DNA of 63,101 nucleotides, counting the filler, from Choristocarpus tenellus KU-1152 (taxonomy: Eukaryota > Protista > Phaeophyceae): the NCBI GenBank assembly GCA_964200185.2. It is 13 parts of 13 records of this genome, joined end to end, with 100 filler letters (N's around TTAATTAATTAA, not from the genome) between each part and the next. Parts side by side here need not be neighbours in the genome. Positions count along the whole stretch, not along the records: positions 51,157 to 59,424 come from CAXNAD020004915.1; positions 59,525 to 63,101 come from CAXNAD020019152.1; 11 more parts are not named here. One strand, 5' to 3'. Shown in pieces: positions 51,516 through 63,101 of the stretch (position 1 is its first letter; each line of letters starts with the position of its first letter). The notes beneath the pieces were generated by a model. The model was not told the origin of the DNA. It searched no databases and saw nothing but the letters and a program-made list of their open reading frames with translations. The position numbers and the translations under genes were made by a program.

Positions 51516-54500
51516 CTTAACCACATAAATACAGGTGTCGCAGTTCCACAGGTTGTTGGTGGCCCACTGGGGGGCAATAGTGACTCCTAGGCCTAGGCCC
51601 ATGGAGCACGCGATGATGAAACGCTCACGGCGTGATATTTTGGTCTGTGCAAGGATCTTGATTCCAGACACTGCCACATTAGCAAAGAGGAACGTGGTCA
51701 CACCTCCAAGGACGCAGTCCGGAATGGAGGCAAAGAACGCCGCCACCTGTTGAAGAAAATCCACCCCAACAACACAGGTAGGTCACAGACAAGCATGTAC
51801 GATTTCGTGTCACCATCTGAGGGCGTTGTTGAGAAATGTGCAATGTCTGAGGGGATATCTTATCATTAGAACGCTCTATATGTCCACCTTCAGCAAAGAC
51901 ATTACTCCTACACATCTACTCTGGAGTGCTTTTTCAAACAGCAAATATAATGTCCAAGTCGTACAGCATAAGAGTGCTTGATGCTGCAATGTGTTACTTC
52001 GGTGTAGAGTATAATAGTAACAGGTATCAATTCAGTTCCCAGACCTGCTCAGATGGTAGCACCTGTATTGAGTTTAAGGCCAGACAATACTAATTTTCAT
52101 TACAGCCAGAGTGAGAGTACCTTAGAGGGTACAAGTTTTTCCCTGTTTGTCCATTTGGGGTCTGGCCTACCATGTTTTTTTATGGCATTTCCCTACTCCA
52201 AAATGTTTCAAAGTAGGTAAAATGTAAACGTTATGAAAAGATGTGTCCGGAACAAGGATATTGATACTTCCTAACAAATACGATAGCCAAAATAACATCA
52301 AAATTGCAACATCGGATTTTGACCCCCAAATGGACGAGGCTCTGCCCTCTAAAATATTTGACTCAGCAGTTGTTTTACAATCTAATATATTCACCACAAA
52401 TTAACACAGAGACATACCTCTCAATGCCTATCCTTCACACTATAGTGATTTCAGTAGAGGGGACAGAAGTACTGACCCAAAGTATCTGGGGGAGGTGGGG
52501 TTCCGCACCAGGGTGTCCATTTGGGTCATAACCAGGAAAAATGCACTTCCATTATCCATCCGGCATATGCAGCCAAATCACCAAATAATCACGACATGAA
52601 AAAATTGGTCCCAAATGGACAGCCGCCACCCCCCCCCAGATACTTTGAGCCACTTGCCTTGGCCAGTATGCCGAACAGGATCAACCAGCAGCTGCATGCA
52701 ATTCCTGCTCGTTGAGAGGCACACCGAGTAAGTGCAATGACTCCATTGTTTTGGCTGAAGGTTGTGTTGGGGAGCTGCGTGCCAAGTGCAGCCAGGAAGC
52801 TAGATATGCCATCACCAAGAATACCACCTCTTAGTCTCTGTTTCAATTGAGGTATCGAAATCAAGAAAGGATGCACCAGATAAGCGAGGATGAAATAGTG
52901 AGTAGTAAGGCTGAAGTTGTGATATTACTCATGTTAACTTCTGTCAGGAGAAGTGAAATATGATTTTGGCGCCTTTCCTATCACTCCTGTTGCACTACTT
53001 GTTCAAGTTGATGCGTAGCAACATCCTTACATTTACCTCTAAGCGCTTCAAAATGAAAGCTTCGGTCACAGCAGGCTAATGTAACAAATAGGTTCTTCCA
53101 AGGGGGACGATGATGCACTACTGTACATGCATGGATGAGTGTAAGTAACGAAACAAAAGAGGTGTGAAATGCAACAAGTCAATAAAACCGTGAGCAAAAT
53201 CGAAAATTAAGGGGTGATATGTTCAATTGCAAGCACTCACATAAATGCATACAGTGTGACTTGCTTTTAGAGGTCAAAGATTGCACACCTCAATACATGC
53301 CCTGCATGTACATTTCAACCACCATTAAGTATTTGGAAATATTTCCAGTCGAACCCTCCTCATATTCAGTCAAAAATAAAATTGAGGACTGAGGGTAGAA
53401 ATGTGTGAGTCCTGACTTTCCAAAAAAATGGCAACTTTGAATCCTGAGTTGCCATTACACTACCCTCAAGGTATTGCTACTCTACAGCCACGAAGGAAAA
53501 GACTATGTTAGTATAGTAGTACTGGTCCTCACCTCAACAGCATCTGGACCATCAACTGGTAGTCTAGATACCTCCATGGTTGTAGTTACATCTCCAATGG
53601 TTTCCACAGTTGTCACAAGGAAACCAAGGAGAAGTGGGATAAGTAGAGGTGTGTACACGCTCAGCGGGTACGTGTAAACCCAGAGGAAGGTGATAGAATC
53701 AGCTGGTGAGGAAAGGCAAGAGGCGATAAGGGCAGGATATGAGAGAAGTGTGTTGAAATGCATTGCAGGTTGTGGTCCATATCAGGTGCGGGCAAGAAGC
53801 TGCAGTCAACTACAACCTTTGAAATAATTGTCAAAAAGGATCAACACAACACCTAGGTAGAGGACACTGTCACTAGATAGAATGGAGTGGCTTTCAAGGG
53901 CAGATTGACATGGTGAATGATCAAAGTTGATCGATAAGGATTAATTTTTCTTACACTTCTTCACTAAAATACTCACTCACCTTGGTCAATCTTGTCTGTG
54001 GTGACAAACTTCATTCCATTGTTTTCGCTGACAGCGGCTATCAAATACCCAAATAGTAGGGAAACCACAACATTGATGCTGCGCATGAAGGGGGAGCCAA
54101 ACTGCTCAAGTATCACCTAAGAAAATGCCAACAACCAGTTAGGGACCCAAGTCATAGACTACAGATTGATTTACAATTTTCCTATACGTTCTGTAAGGTG
54201 TGGGATCTGCACATGCTGCCGTGGGCTTTTCCTTTCTCTTACTATAGCTTCCAAGTGCTTCTCTGGTCTGTTGTTGAAGCCATTTGCACAGACATCCAAT
54301 TCATCTCTTGCCATGATTCCTCTCTTCAAGCTCAATCAATAACTGGTGCCAGCTGATCATTAACTCATGGTGTGGGAAGCGGTTCTCAATTCCTCCATTT
54401 GCAACATAACACGTATCAACAACTAGGGAGTAGCTGCACCATCTATTGAGCTAACACCAGAGAAGATTATGCTATTCGCACTTTACACACTTCAGCACTC

Positions 54501-56422
54501 TCACCAGCATTGAAAATGCAGAGAAGCCCAAGCCAATGTACTCGCGGGAACCAAACGGCAGCATCACCTCACCGTTTGTACAATCAAACTGGAGGTAATC
54601 CGCACAGAAAGTACCGCCACCCCAATGTTTAAGACCTGTTCCAATGAGTTCGGCTCCGATGAGGAAGACGGTCGTTCCTGTGACAACTGGCGGAAAGATT
54701 TTCTTGATAATTTTTGGTTTCACGAAGGCAAGTGCAATTTCCAACCATGCACAAACAAGGACAGTGCCTAAGATTGCACCGTACGCCTTTTCCCCATCAA
54801 ATGTCTCTCCGTCGTCTAGCAAAAAGTCTGTTGAGTGATACTTCATCTGCAAAATAGCACAACGCAGGGAGGAAGGAAGGGCCCAAGGAGTCGAAATATG
54901 GGGCTTAAACACAGAGAGGGATAATGATGTTTTCTAGAACAGGAAAGACCTTTTTCCATTTCCATAGGTCGAGTGGTGTACTTCTGGTCAGAGTTGAATA
55001 AAATGATGGGTAGAGGAAAGGGTAAGTAGGACAAATACTATATTGCCGAGTTGTTCGTTCTTGTTGCCTTTCTTCCAATATCCTACTCTTTCGATTCAAC
55101 TATACCTGGAAAAAAGCGCTTTGGGCAAGGGGCAGGAAGGTATATGATGTGCCCATGACAGACACCAGCCCAGTGCCAATGACGATGCCCGTTTTAGGGA
55201 TCCTGAGTTGGCATACTTGGATAAGGGAGGTTATGCCAGAGACTATAAGAGAGGTCGAGATCAAGTACTGCTGTTGCGCATCACCCCTGTTTATTTAGGT
55301 AACGTAGTAACGAGCGAACGAAGACAGAAACGGTGTAAGGGACCAACTTTGTTGATATGAAGGGAAGGTAATAACGCTGCACATATTCTTCACAGAGTCA
55401 ACACTCCAGAAAGACTGTGACAAAGCAAGACATTAGCTGACACGTCCCACGCCCACTTGGCGACATCGACAAGAAGAGGAACATTCGTATATGGATTCAT
55501 TTCTCGAGACAATAGTGTGAAAATCGGAAGCTGTAGGAGACAAAAGGTAGTGAATAGCATCTCGATACTTTTGAGTTAGTAGAAGGATCCAGCCCCCCAG
55601 AAAAACCATTGACATAAACCACCAATGACCCAACCCCTTGTTTAACTGGAGACTCACAAGTTGGAGTAGAATAGATTAGATACGAGAAGTGGTACCGTGA
55701 TGATCCCTCCCACCATCGCTAGAGCATGCTGAATAGCCAAAAACGAGAACAGAGGACAGCAAGGTCACAGAGTGTCAGGCGCAGCAAGAACAGGGACATA
55801 TGTGAAGCATAAGGTCGATATATAACAAGAGGTACTGGTGTTGTACCAGCACAAGGATAAAAACAGGACTAAGTGTACAACAAATGTAAGCATGCTTGTC
55901 GTTGAACACCTCTCACAACAAAGCAGCAACTATAAGCTCACCTGAAGACCCATGACGATCGCCACGAAAGGCGCGATTGGCTCATAGTGAGCAAAGAAGG
56001 GTGCTTGCTGCTTGGGTCCCTTCTTGCACTGATACATTTTGGACAAGTGTGAGAGCAAACTCGAGTTTCCCCAGATTTCATGAGAAATATAACAGCGAAG
56101 AGTACTACGCATACACTCAGGATCAACAAGTGAATAGTGAATACAACTCAATCTCTAGGGTGGAGACTTGACTAAGATACGTTACGTTGGAAAATGTAAC
56201 TAATGCATTGATGGTAGATATGATCTCGAATCTCACAGGTATCGGCGGAGTGCATAGAAACTTCCAGTTGTAGTTACCGAAGAACCACGACATCCTTGGT
56301 ACTTCCTCCTGTTTTTCAACTACTACGATGTGGGTAATGTCGTGGGTATCCTCACCAATCTTTCCTCCTTCCTCTGTCATGATAATTCCTCTCACATTTC
56401 TAGTGAAAGACTTCATATTCAT
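51516..56422 (-). CDS. Uric acid/xanthine permease, NCS2/NAT family (UapA-like); 9 exons found, last transmembrane exon missing
   Basis: Exons 56422(or 56380)-56237, 56028-55942, 55728-55658, 55286-55106, 54846-54505, 54116-53981, 53702-53533, 52837-52658 and 51746-51516 all join in frame. Motifs: MGLQHALAM (QH), ETIGD, GGILGDG, and NAT signature QNNGVIALTR. Confidence 0.95.
52109..52364. mobile_element. MITE family B copy (inverted orientation)
   Basis: Reverse-complement homolog of 32726-32982. Further partial or degenerate copies lie near 6270-6470 and 24370-24439. Confidence 0.8.
52474..52651. mobile_element. MITE family A copy in permease intron, TSD ACT
   Basis: ACT|GACCCAAAGTATCTGGGGG...CCCCCAGATACTTTGAGCC|ACT. 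Confidence 0.9.
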
Positions 56423-57994
56423 TACTTCAACAACTACTAGAATATCTAAGATGTGGATAGTTTTTGTTGAATTTTCCCGTAGTACAACTGGAAAATGTCA
56501 GAGGGCAAAAAATATTAAAATATAGGATTATATATCGGGTTTCAAATATGAGGTGTGGACTTTAAAAAATCAATCTCGTTTTTATGATCTGTTGAAAATA
56601 CATTTTTTTCATATAAATTATGCGAAAAACTCCGTATTTTTTTCGATGACCAATAAAGTCGTCCCAGTACCTTCGCCCTTTGTGAGAATCTTGTTTTTTT
56701 TCACCGTATGGTTAAAATGGTTAACAAACAATATCAAATGAAAGGACTTTTGAAGGTTGGTCTCCACCAATGTTTAGGCTTCGGGGAACGGGAACTATAA
56801 TATGACCCGATCAAATAATACAAAAATGCGGGGGAACATCTCCGACGCAATTTTGAAGGTCACATCTTCAAAACGGAAAAAAATGAAGTGGTTGGCTGAA
56901 CTCCTTCCAAAAAACTGGTCCGGGATAGGTCGCTGCCCAAGTTTGTCCAGTGTGCCGATACCAAAAGCCCCCCCGAGATATCAGGACATCTTTTTAACGC
57001 CTATTGGAGACTTTCTGTGAGCACACACGCACGTGATTTACACAGCAACATGGACCACGACGGTGAGACAAGGAGAGTCGCCGAGGCTACTCTGCCCAAT
57101 GGATCTACCCTCGGCACCTTCCCTGTCGAGAGGCGACAAAAAAAGAGTACTGTGTGACATTCGGTACGATGTTAGGTGACGAGAAAGTGCGTGTACTGTG
57201 GCGCAGGAGCATAATCAAATCCCGAAATGAGTCACAACGCCGCGACACTGACGCTGAGAGAAGATGCGTAGAAAGCATTACCACACAAGCGTGGTTGCCT
57301 CTTCAACCACGTCGGAACACCGTTGAATTCTATTTTCAGTGCACCTTACACAGGCTTTGGTTGTATATAGGGCAGTCTTCACGCTGGCAGTCAGTCTTCT
57401 GAATTGTAGGGATGACTTAGCAAGGACTGTAAGGACATGATGGATGGTCATTTTGGTTCATCCTGGAATAGAGCTATGTTTAGTGCATTGTACCTTCCTC
57501 TTCCCCTATGTAGCATATTTCGGTCTCCTCGTTCCTTGCTGACCCGTTCAGAGGTATATATGCATCGTAGCAACGTGTCCGTCTGTTACCGTCTATCGCA
57601 TATATGTACATATTAATGTGTTACTTGCATGCCCTGGAACTCTTCGGCATCTTGTACCACCCCTCAATTCGAGGAAGACTTGGTACTATTGTATTATTAT
57701 GTCCCCACGAAATGCCAGTAGGGATATGGTGCCAACGGACTACTCTATTGTTTGAAGAATACACTTCAAGGTATCTACAAGCAAAGGACTGAGTATAAAT
57801 ATGATTTTGCTTGTTATCCCCGCGAGACGAACTGACCATCCCTCCGTCAATATTGGCTATAAGAGGAAGGCCCCGTGTATCACGTGTGCGTACATATAGA
57901 ATATGTACAGGTGCACTCTCGCCCTTCTCGATACTTGTTCGTTTTTAATACTTCCAATTTCCACTCTTTTCATCACGGAATATTTGTTTATCAA

Positions 57995-58207
57995 TGGCAA
58001 GTTGTAATCCAAAACATTGTACTCCAGCAATCGTTGGTGTTCCAAAGAGTGGTGGTAAAGGTATCAACCTCCCACCCACAACCTTCCCAATTTCCACTCT
58101 ATTCATCATGGAATAATTGTTCTCAGTGGCAAGTTGTAATCCAAAACATTGTATTCCAGCAATCGTTGGTGTTCCAAAGGGCGGTAAAGGTATCAACCTC
58201 CCACCCA
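57995..58207. repeat. Tandem duplication, 132-bp period
   Basis: TGGCAAGTTGTAATCCAAAACATTGTA...AAAGGTATCAACCTCCCAC at 57995 and 58127. Confidence 0.85.
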
Positions 58208-59524
58208 TCTACCACACTCGATTTGATCCTACAGTAAATATCTCGGCCCCATAAAACTAGCGTGGCAATTCCTGGGGTTCACAAAATATGGATAAATTCA
58301 GGGAAGGAGGAAAATCTTAATGATTCCAGATGTATGGTGATGCGCACCATACTTCTCGTAGGACAGACAGTTAAGATCCAAACCAATTGAGACGAAGACA
58401 GGTTTGGACCCTTTTGCATTCTAAGCCATCATTCTTACTCTGTACAACACACCATTTTCCTCATTGCCTTTTATGCACAGCAGTGTACGCAAAATTGATA
58501 TTCCTCCTACCACGCACAAAGTGACACTTCCCCTTCAGGATTTGGAATCCTTAAAATTCAACCCTGCCTACCTCTCAATTAGTTTGACTCTAACCTCATA
58601 AAGAAGAAGAGAGACTGAGCACTCAGTACATATTATTGGCGTGAACGTGTACTCCTATCAAACAATACCTTGCAGAATATTAAGATGCAGTAAGTGAAAG
58701 ACAAGTTTGGTTTGACTTTGGGTGACAAAACATATACCAGTTGGGGTAAGATTACCGTCGCTAATATAGTCTGACTTTGGATTCTTCAGTGAAGGATATA
58801 ACGGCATCACAATCAGGAAATCAAGCACAGCCTTTGGAGATAGAGGGATAAAAATATGGCGGCAGGAGAGGCCAAGAGACGCAGCCGTGAGATAACAGCG
58901 CAATCAAAATCCAACAGCAACACTTTCCCACTGGTGGTATTACGAGGATGACTAGGACAGTTAGTAGATTTCATGCGTTGAAGAATCACAAGTGAAGGAG
59001 GGGAGGTGTGGTCGGAGGTGCATGTGGATGTGGGGGTACGAGGAAAAATGAGAGGGACATAGCAGCATTTCTCTCCAAGCTCTCCAGACGAGACCAATGA
59101 ATCTTCATGAATAATGGGAAAGTTGGGATAGATTTGAATGAGACGGGGAGCTGATGAGATACAATATGCAAGGGGATTCATGCTTCAAGGTGGCAGGAGG
59201 TAAAAGGAGGGCAAGTCAAGCGATTGAATGTGAGGGGTGAGAAACAGGAGTCCCTCTAATTATATCAACAGTAGCAGTCTGAAGGCCATCGGGGCATAGT
59301 GCAGCAACGTTGGATGAACCCACTGAACAACAACTGGATTTAGGGGGTGGGGGGGGAAACAGAAATAAACAAAACGAAAACACATACATTACTCTCACCC
59401 CCATACCTCTACACAACTATGTCGNNNNNNNNNNNNNNNNNNNNNNNNNNNNNNNNNNNNNNNNNNNNTTAATTAATTAANNNNNNNNNNNNNNNNNNNN
59501 NNNNNNNNNNNNNNNNNNNNNNNN

Positions 59525-59558
<34 letters not shown>

Positions 59559-59893
59559 GGGGCTGGGGACATCAGAATGATAGCTGAGGCCCTCTTCTTG
59601 GACACTGATATGGTGCATTTGACGTCTCCAAGTTCATCTGACAATCATGAAAAAGAAGGTCACTTCCAACAATAGGCCCACTTTGTTTAGGGGTGGTTGT
59701 CGGTGCTATTCCTACTTATGTTCCTACTACTACGTATTAAAAATATATATATATATTAAAATTTAGTAATCGTAAAAAAAGCAACTGGAAAAACAGTACT
59801 TCCTAGCACACATTATTAGTCCAACTGATCCACATTTCCTGTGTGATACGCATCTATTTCATACATTATCAACAGTACCAGGGACCACCTCAA

Positions 59894-59943
59894 AACATGA
59901 AATCAAGACATGAAATCAAGACATGAAATCAAAACATGAAATC
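59894..59943. repeat. 13-bp minisatellite (ACATGAAATCAAG), ~4 copies
   Basis: Read directly from the sequence. Confidence 0.85.
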
Positions 59944-60057
59944 GTCCCTTCGACTGAAAAAAGAAAAATTTCATTTTAAAAAAATTGCAAAATCGTTCCC
60001 GTAGCTGTAAAAAAAAAAATGCCTTGGTACATATTTTGTCATCTTCCTTCTTTTTAC

Positions 60058-62658
60058 CCGATGGTAACGCCTCTTTAGTTCCATCTCCGCCAGTGCTCCT
60101 CCCAGGTCGTGACTTGACACTTCTTCCTGGTCATGGAACTTGAGGAACTGGTCCCCCCCGTGCCCGTTCATGTAGATAAGAATATTGCTATGCTCATCTG
60201 TAGCAAGCACCTGTATTGAAATTTTTTTAATTCATCCACCATGGAATTTGGGCATTGGGTGAGGTGAGGTGGAGGCCGGGTGGGGGGGGGGGGGGGGGGA
60301 GGGAAAAAAAATTTTAAAGGGGGGGAGGCGAAAAAGAAAAAGAGAAAAAATTGTGAGGGAGGGGGGGGGGGGGGTGGGGGGGGGGGGGGGGGAGGGGGGG
60401 AATGGAATATAATTCTAAATAGGGTCGAGTCTACAATAATAAGAGAAGAATATTGTCAGGAAAAGGGGGTGGGAGGGGTGTGTGAATTATTGCTTGTAGA
60501 GTGATTGGGCAGGAGATGCCAGGCTTCACACGCTCACCTCTGAAAACCAGTAGGAAGAAATTAATCTTTCTTATTTTATCAGAACCACATCGATATCTTC
60601 ACAACGGTGCTGTTTGGCTTAGGGATAGGTATAGTGTTATTATGTGTGACACAATATCATATTTTTTTATCGCCAGCTTCATCTCCCGTGACCCAAAAAT
60701 AATACAAAAAATTACAAATAATAATAAAAAAATCCACGTCACCACCAACTGGGAATGTGCTGCTAATCAACCTATGATGACACAATTCAGAATATATATT
60801 GATAGCGAGCAGATGTAACAGCCTGTTCTCCGACACCAATTTATTAGGTGCTCTCAAAACACTAGATATCACTTCAGGGGGTGTGACAAATTGTCGCACT
60901 TGCAAATAATCATTGGAAAGGCGTGTTCTTAGAGCCGGTAATAGCGGTGTGTGCACTTTTTCCCACAGTTTTTTTTTATGTTGGCTTTCACTCACCTTGG
61001 ATGGGGGAGTGCCTGGCAGCGTCCTTCCCGTCAGCAAGCGGAGGAAGCTCTCTACGCTGACCTCATCACCTCTGCAACATATAGCATAAGGAAACACAAT
61101 TCGTACCTTTTATTTCTAAAAAAACAATAGGAAATAAAAATTAAAAGAGAGAACAAAGAGCTACATAGTACGTAAATGCGTGCAGAAAAAAATAAAAACG
61201 GAAAATAAAAAAGAGAGAGAGAGACTACAAAAATAAGGAAGAGCTACACTTAGTGTGTACATACACATTATTTATTTATTTTATTTTTAATATATATATA
61301 TATATGCAGATAATTGGGAACAGTTGCACGCTGGTGCGCTTGTCTGTATGTGTTAGTGCATTTTGGACTGGCTGCAGGTTCATGTGTGAGAGTGCTTTCA
61401 TAGAGGATGGACGTCTTTAACCCTAACCCTAACCTTCTGTACAGCACAGTGTTGATGTCATTGACAGCGATGAAGAAAACAGAAAACCACTTCTGAGCAC
61501 ACAAAATCAAACAAATATATTTACCTGAGGGGGGTCTTGCAGCACAGATCGGAAGGCCTTGCCTTTATGACTCATGAATGCCTTACATACTAACACAGAG
61601 AGAGTCAGTCCAGTAAGACATGCTGTCAACGGAGATCGCTACAGGTCGCTACAGGTTGCTATAGAATGAATGCTACAGGTCAAGGCACCTTGATTTTGTA
61701 ACTCGCAATAGCAAATAACTATTATAATTGTCTGTTGATTGCTTACAAGAGTCAACTGGACAGTAGTGCTACAAGGCGAAGAAGATCATCGCATCAGTAG
61801 CAACAATGAAAACGCCTCCCCAGGAAAGTCAACACTCCACAGTAGAAAAACACTTTTTTAAATATATATATATATATATATATATACGTATCTTCCTATC
61901 TAATCACGTAACTGCTGGGTTGGTTCAGTCCGTGAGATACACTCCTGTTTAATATGTGTGTGATCGATTCTAAAAAAATTAATTAACATGTTTCTCACGA
62001 CAAAAAAAATGTTCTGAGAAACTCGTAAATTGAGTACCGCTTGGCTTCTTTTTTTTTCTACTCACCTGACACCTGTAACTCCCGTGCGCATCACAGAATA
62101 ACAATGATAAATAACAGCAACAATAACAAAAAGGTAACAAATAGCAAACAACAATAACGGTATAAATATCACACACCCATTCGAGATCCATTTTGTGCAT
62201 CCAATCAAATCAGCCCCCCGGACGGGGTCCCAAAACATCTCTCAACTACAAAGTACAACAACACAAACATCTCGTGAGGCATAATACCTCCTTTCTTACA
62301 CATTTTTTGCTTGGAAAAAAATAAAAATACATAACATAAAAAAAACATACACACACACACACACACACACATATTATATATATATATTCGATATATTCAC
62401 TTGCTACGAACTGAAAACACGAAAAATGTAACAGCCACATCTACGTGATCTATTTCCGTTCTAACAGCGCGCGCGCTCGTGCACACAAGGAACTTCGAAA
62501 AAAAAAAAAAAAAAAAAAAAAGGGGGGCGGCAAAGAGGAAAAACGGATGCCCGGGAGTCCCCAGACGAAACATTCCCTCCAACGCCNNNNNNNNNNAAAA
62601 ATGAAAAAGCCACATCAACGTGATCTATTCCCGTTCAAACAGCGCGCGCGCCCGAAAA

Positions 62659-62698
<40 letters not shown>

Positions 62699-63082
62699 GT
62701 GCGTCCAAAACAGGTAAAAAGGGTCTCTGTGATTGCAATGTCCAAACATACAGACGGTCGGACGGACGGATGGACGGTCGATGGGAAATTTTCCACCCCA
62801 CAATCCCGATTGCAAGAACCTTCCTTCCTTCCTTGTTTCCACCACTCTCTCACAGCTTGCTCGCCTGTAGTCAACCTCGACGTCGCTCCCATAGAGCTCA
62901 ATGGCATGGTCACGACCGTTGAAGACCTTCCCCGGGAAGGCGTTCCTGGCGTTGCAAGGCATATCGTCCGCCAGCATGAGAATCACGTTGGAGTCCGGTA
63001 TGCCCAGCCGCCGGACAGTGTGATAGACCGACAGGGTGTTGGCCACATGGCGGTAGTTGAACCAGTAGCGGGATGTGCACAC
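60058..63082 (-). CDS. GPI8: GPI-anchor transamidase GPI8/PIG-K (peptidase C13), three internal exons
   Basis: Exon 63082-62865: [40 protein letters not shown]...VEVDYR. Exon 61071-60996: [16 protein letters not shown]. Exon 60210-60058: [19 protein letters not shown], with the catalytic His. The catalytic-Cys exon was not found. Confidence 0.93.
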
Positions 63083-63101
63083 CTAACAGACATTTTTGAA
63101 C

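Noticed and set aside
57050-58830. Candidate small exons (ATGGACCACGACG|GT at 57050 on +; AVLDFLIVMPLYPS... near 58830-58755 on -)
   Set aside because: Splice-like boundaries are present, but there is no homology or consistent multi-exon frame.
62420-62700. Duplicated ~60-bp segment with poly-A flanking the 10-N gap
   Set aside because: It looks like a low-quality overlapping read end duplicated by scaffolding.

Overview
This is intron-rich eukaryotic nuclear DNA from a photosynthetic stramenopile, most likely of the brown-algal lineage; the main evidence is a nucleus-encoded PsbM with a long presequence, a plant-type Nbp35 and long introns. It is a gapped scaffold with twelve 100-nt N spacers, each carrying a TTAATTAATTAA linker, so adjacency across gaps is not guaranteed. 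Genes reconstructed by hand from splice sites: complete NBP35/NUBP1 (7 exons, -); a divergent EF-hand-like repeat protein (5' part, +); two exons of a NEK kinase (+); complete organellar ribosomal protein S15 (3 exons, -); psbM (+); a near-complete UapA-type uric acid/xanthine permease (9 exons, -); and three exons of GPI8/PIG-K (-). Between them lie degenerate Copia, Gypsy, tyrosine-recombinase (DIRS/Ngaro-type) and Tc1/mariner remnants, several MITE families with 3-bp TSDs, and tandem arrays of 78, ~231, 57, 90 and 132 bp. The most notable observations are an Nbp35 with no C-terminal cluster cysteines, two GC-AG introns, MITEs with ANT-biased flanks, a structured 78-bp palindromic array, and a tiny inverted-repeat element enclosing a TnpB/Fanzor-like DINAARNL motif. 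I cannot firmly support a new biological system from the sequence alone.
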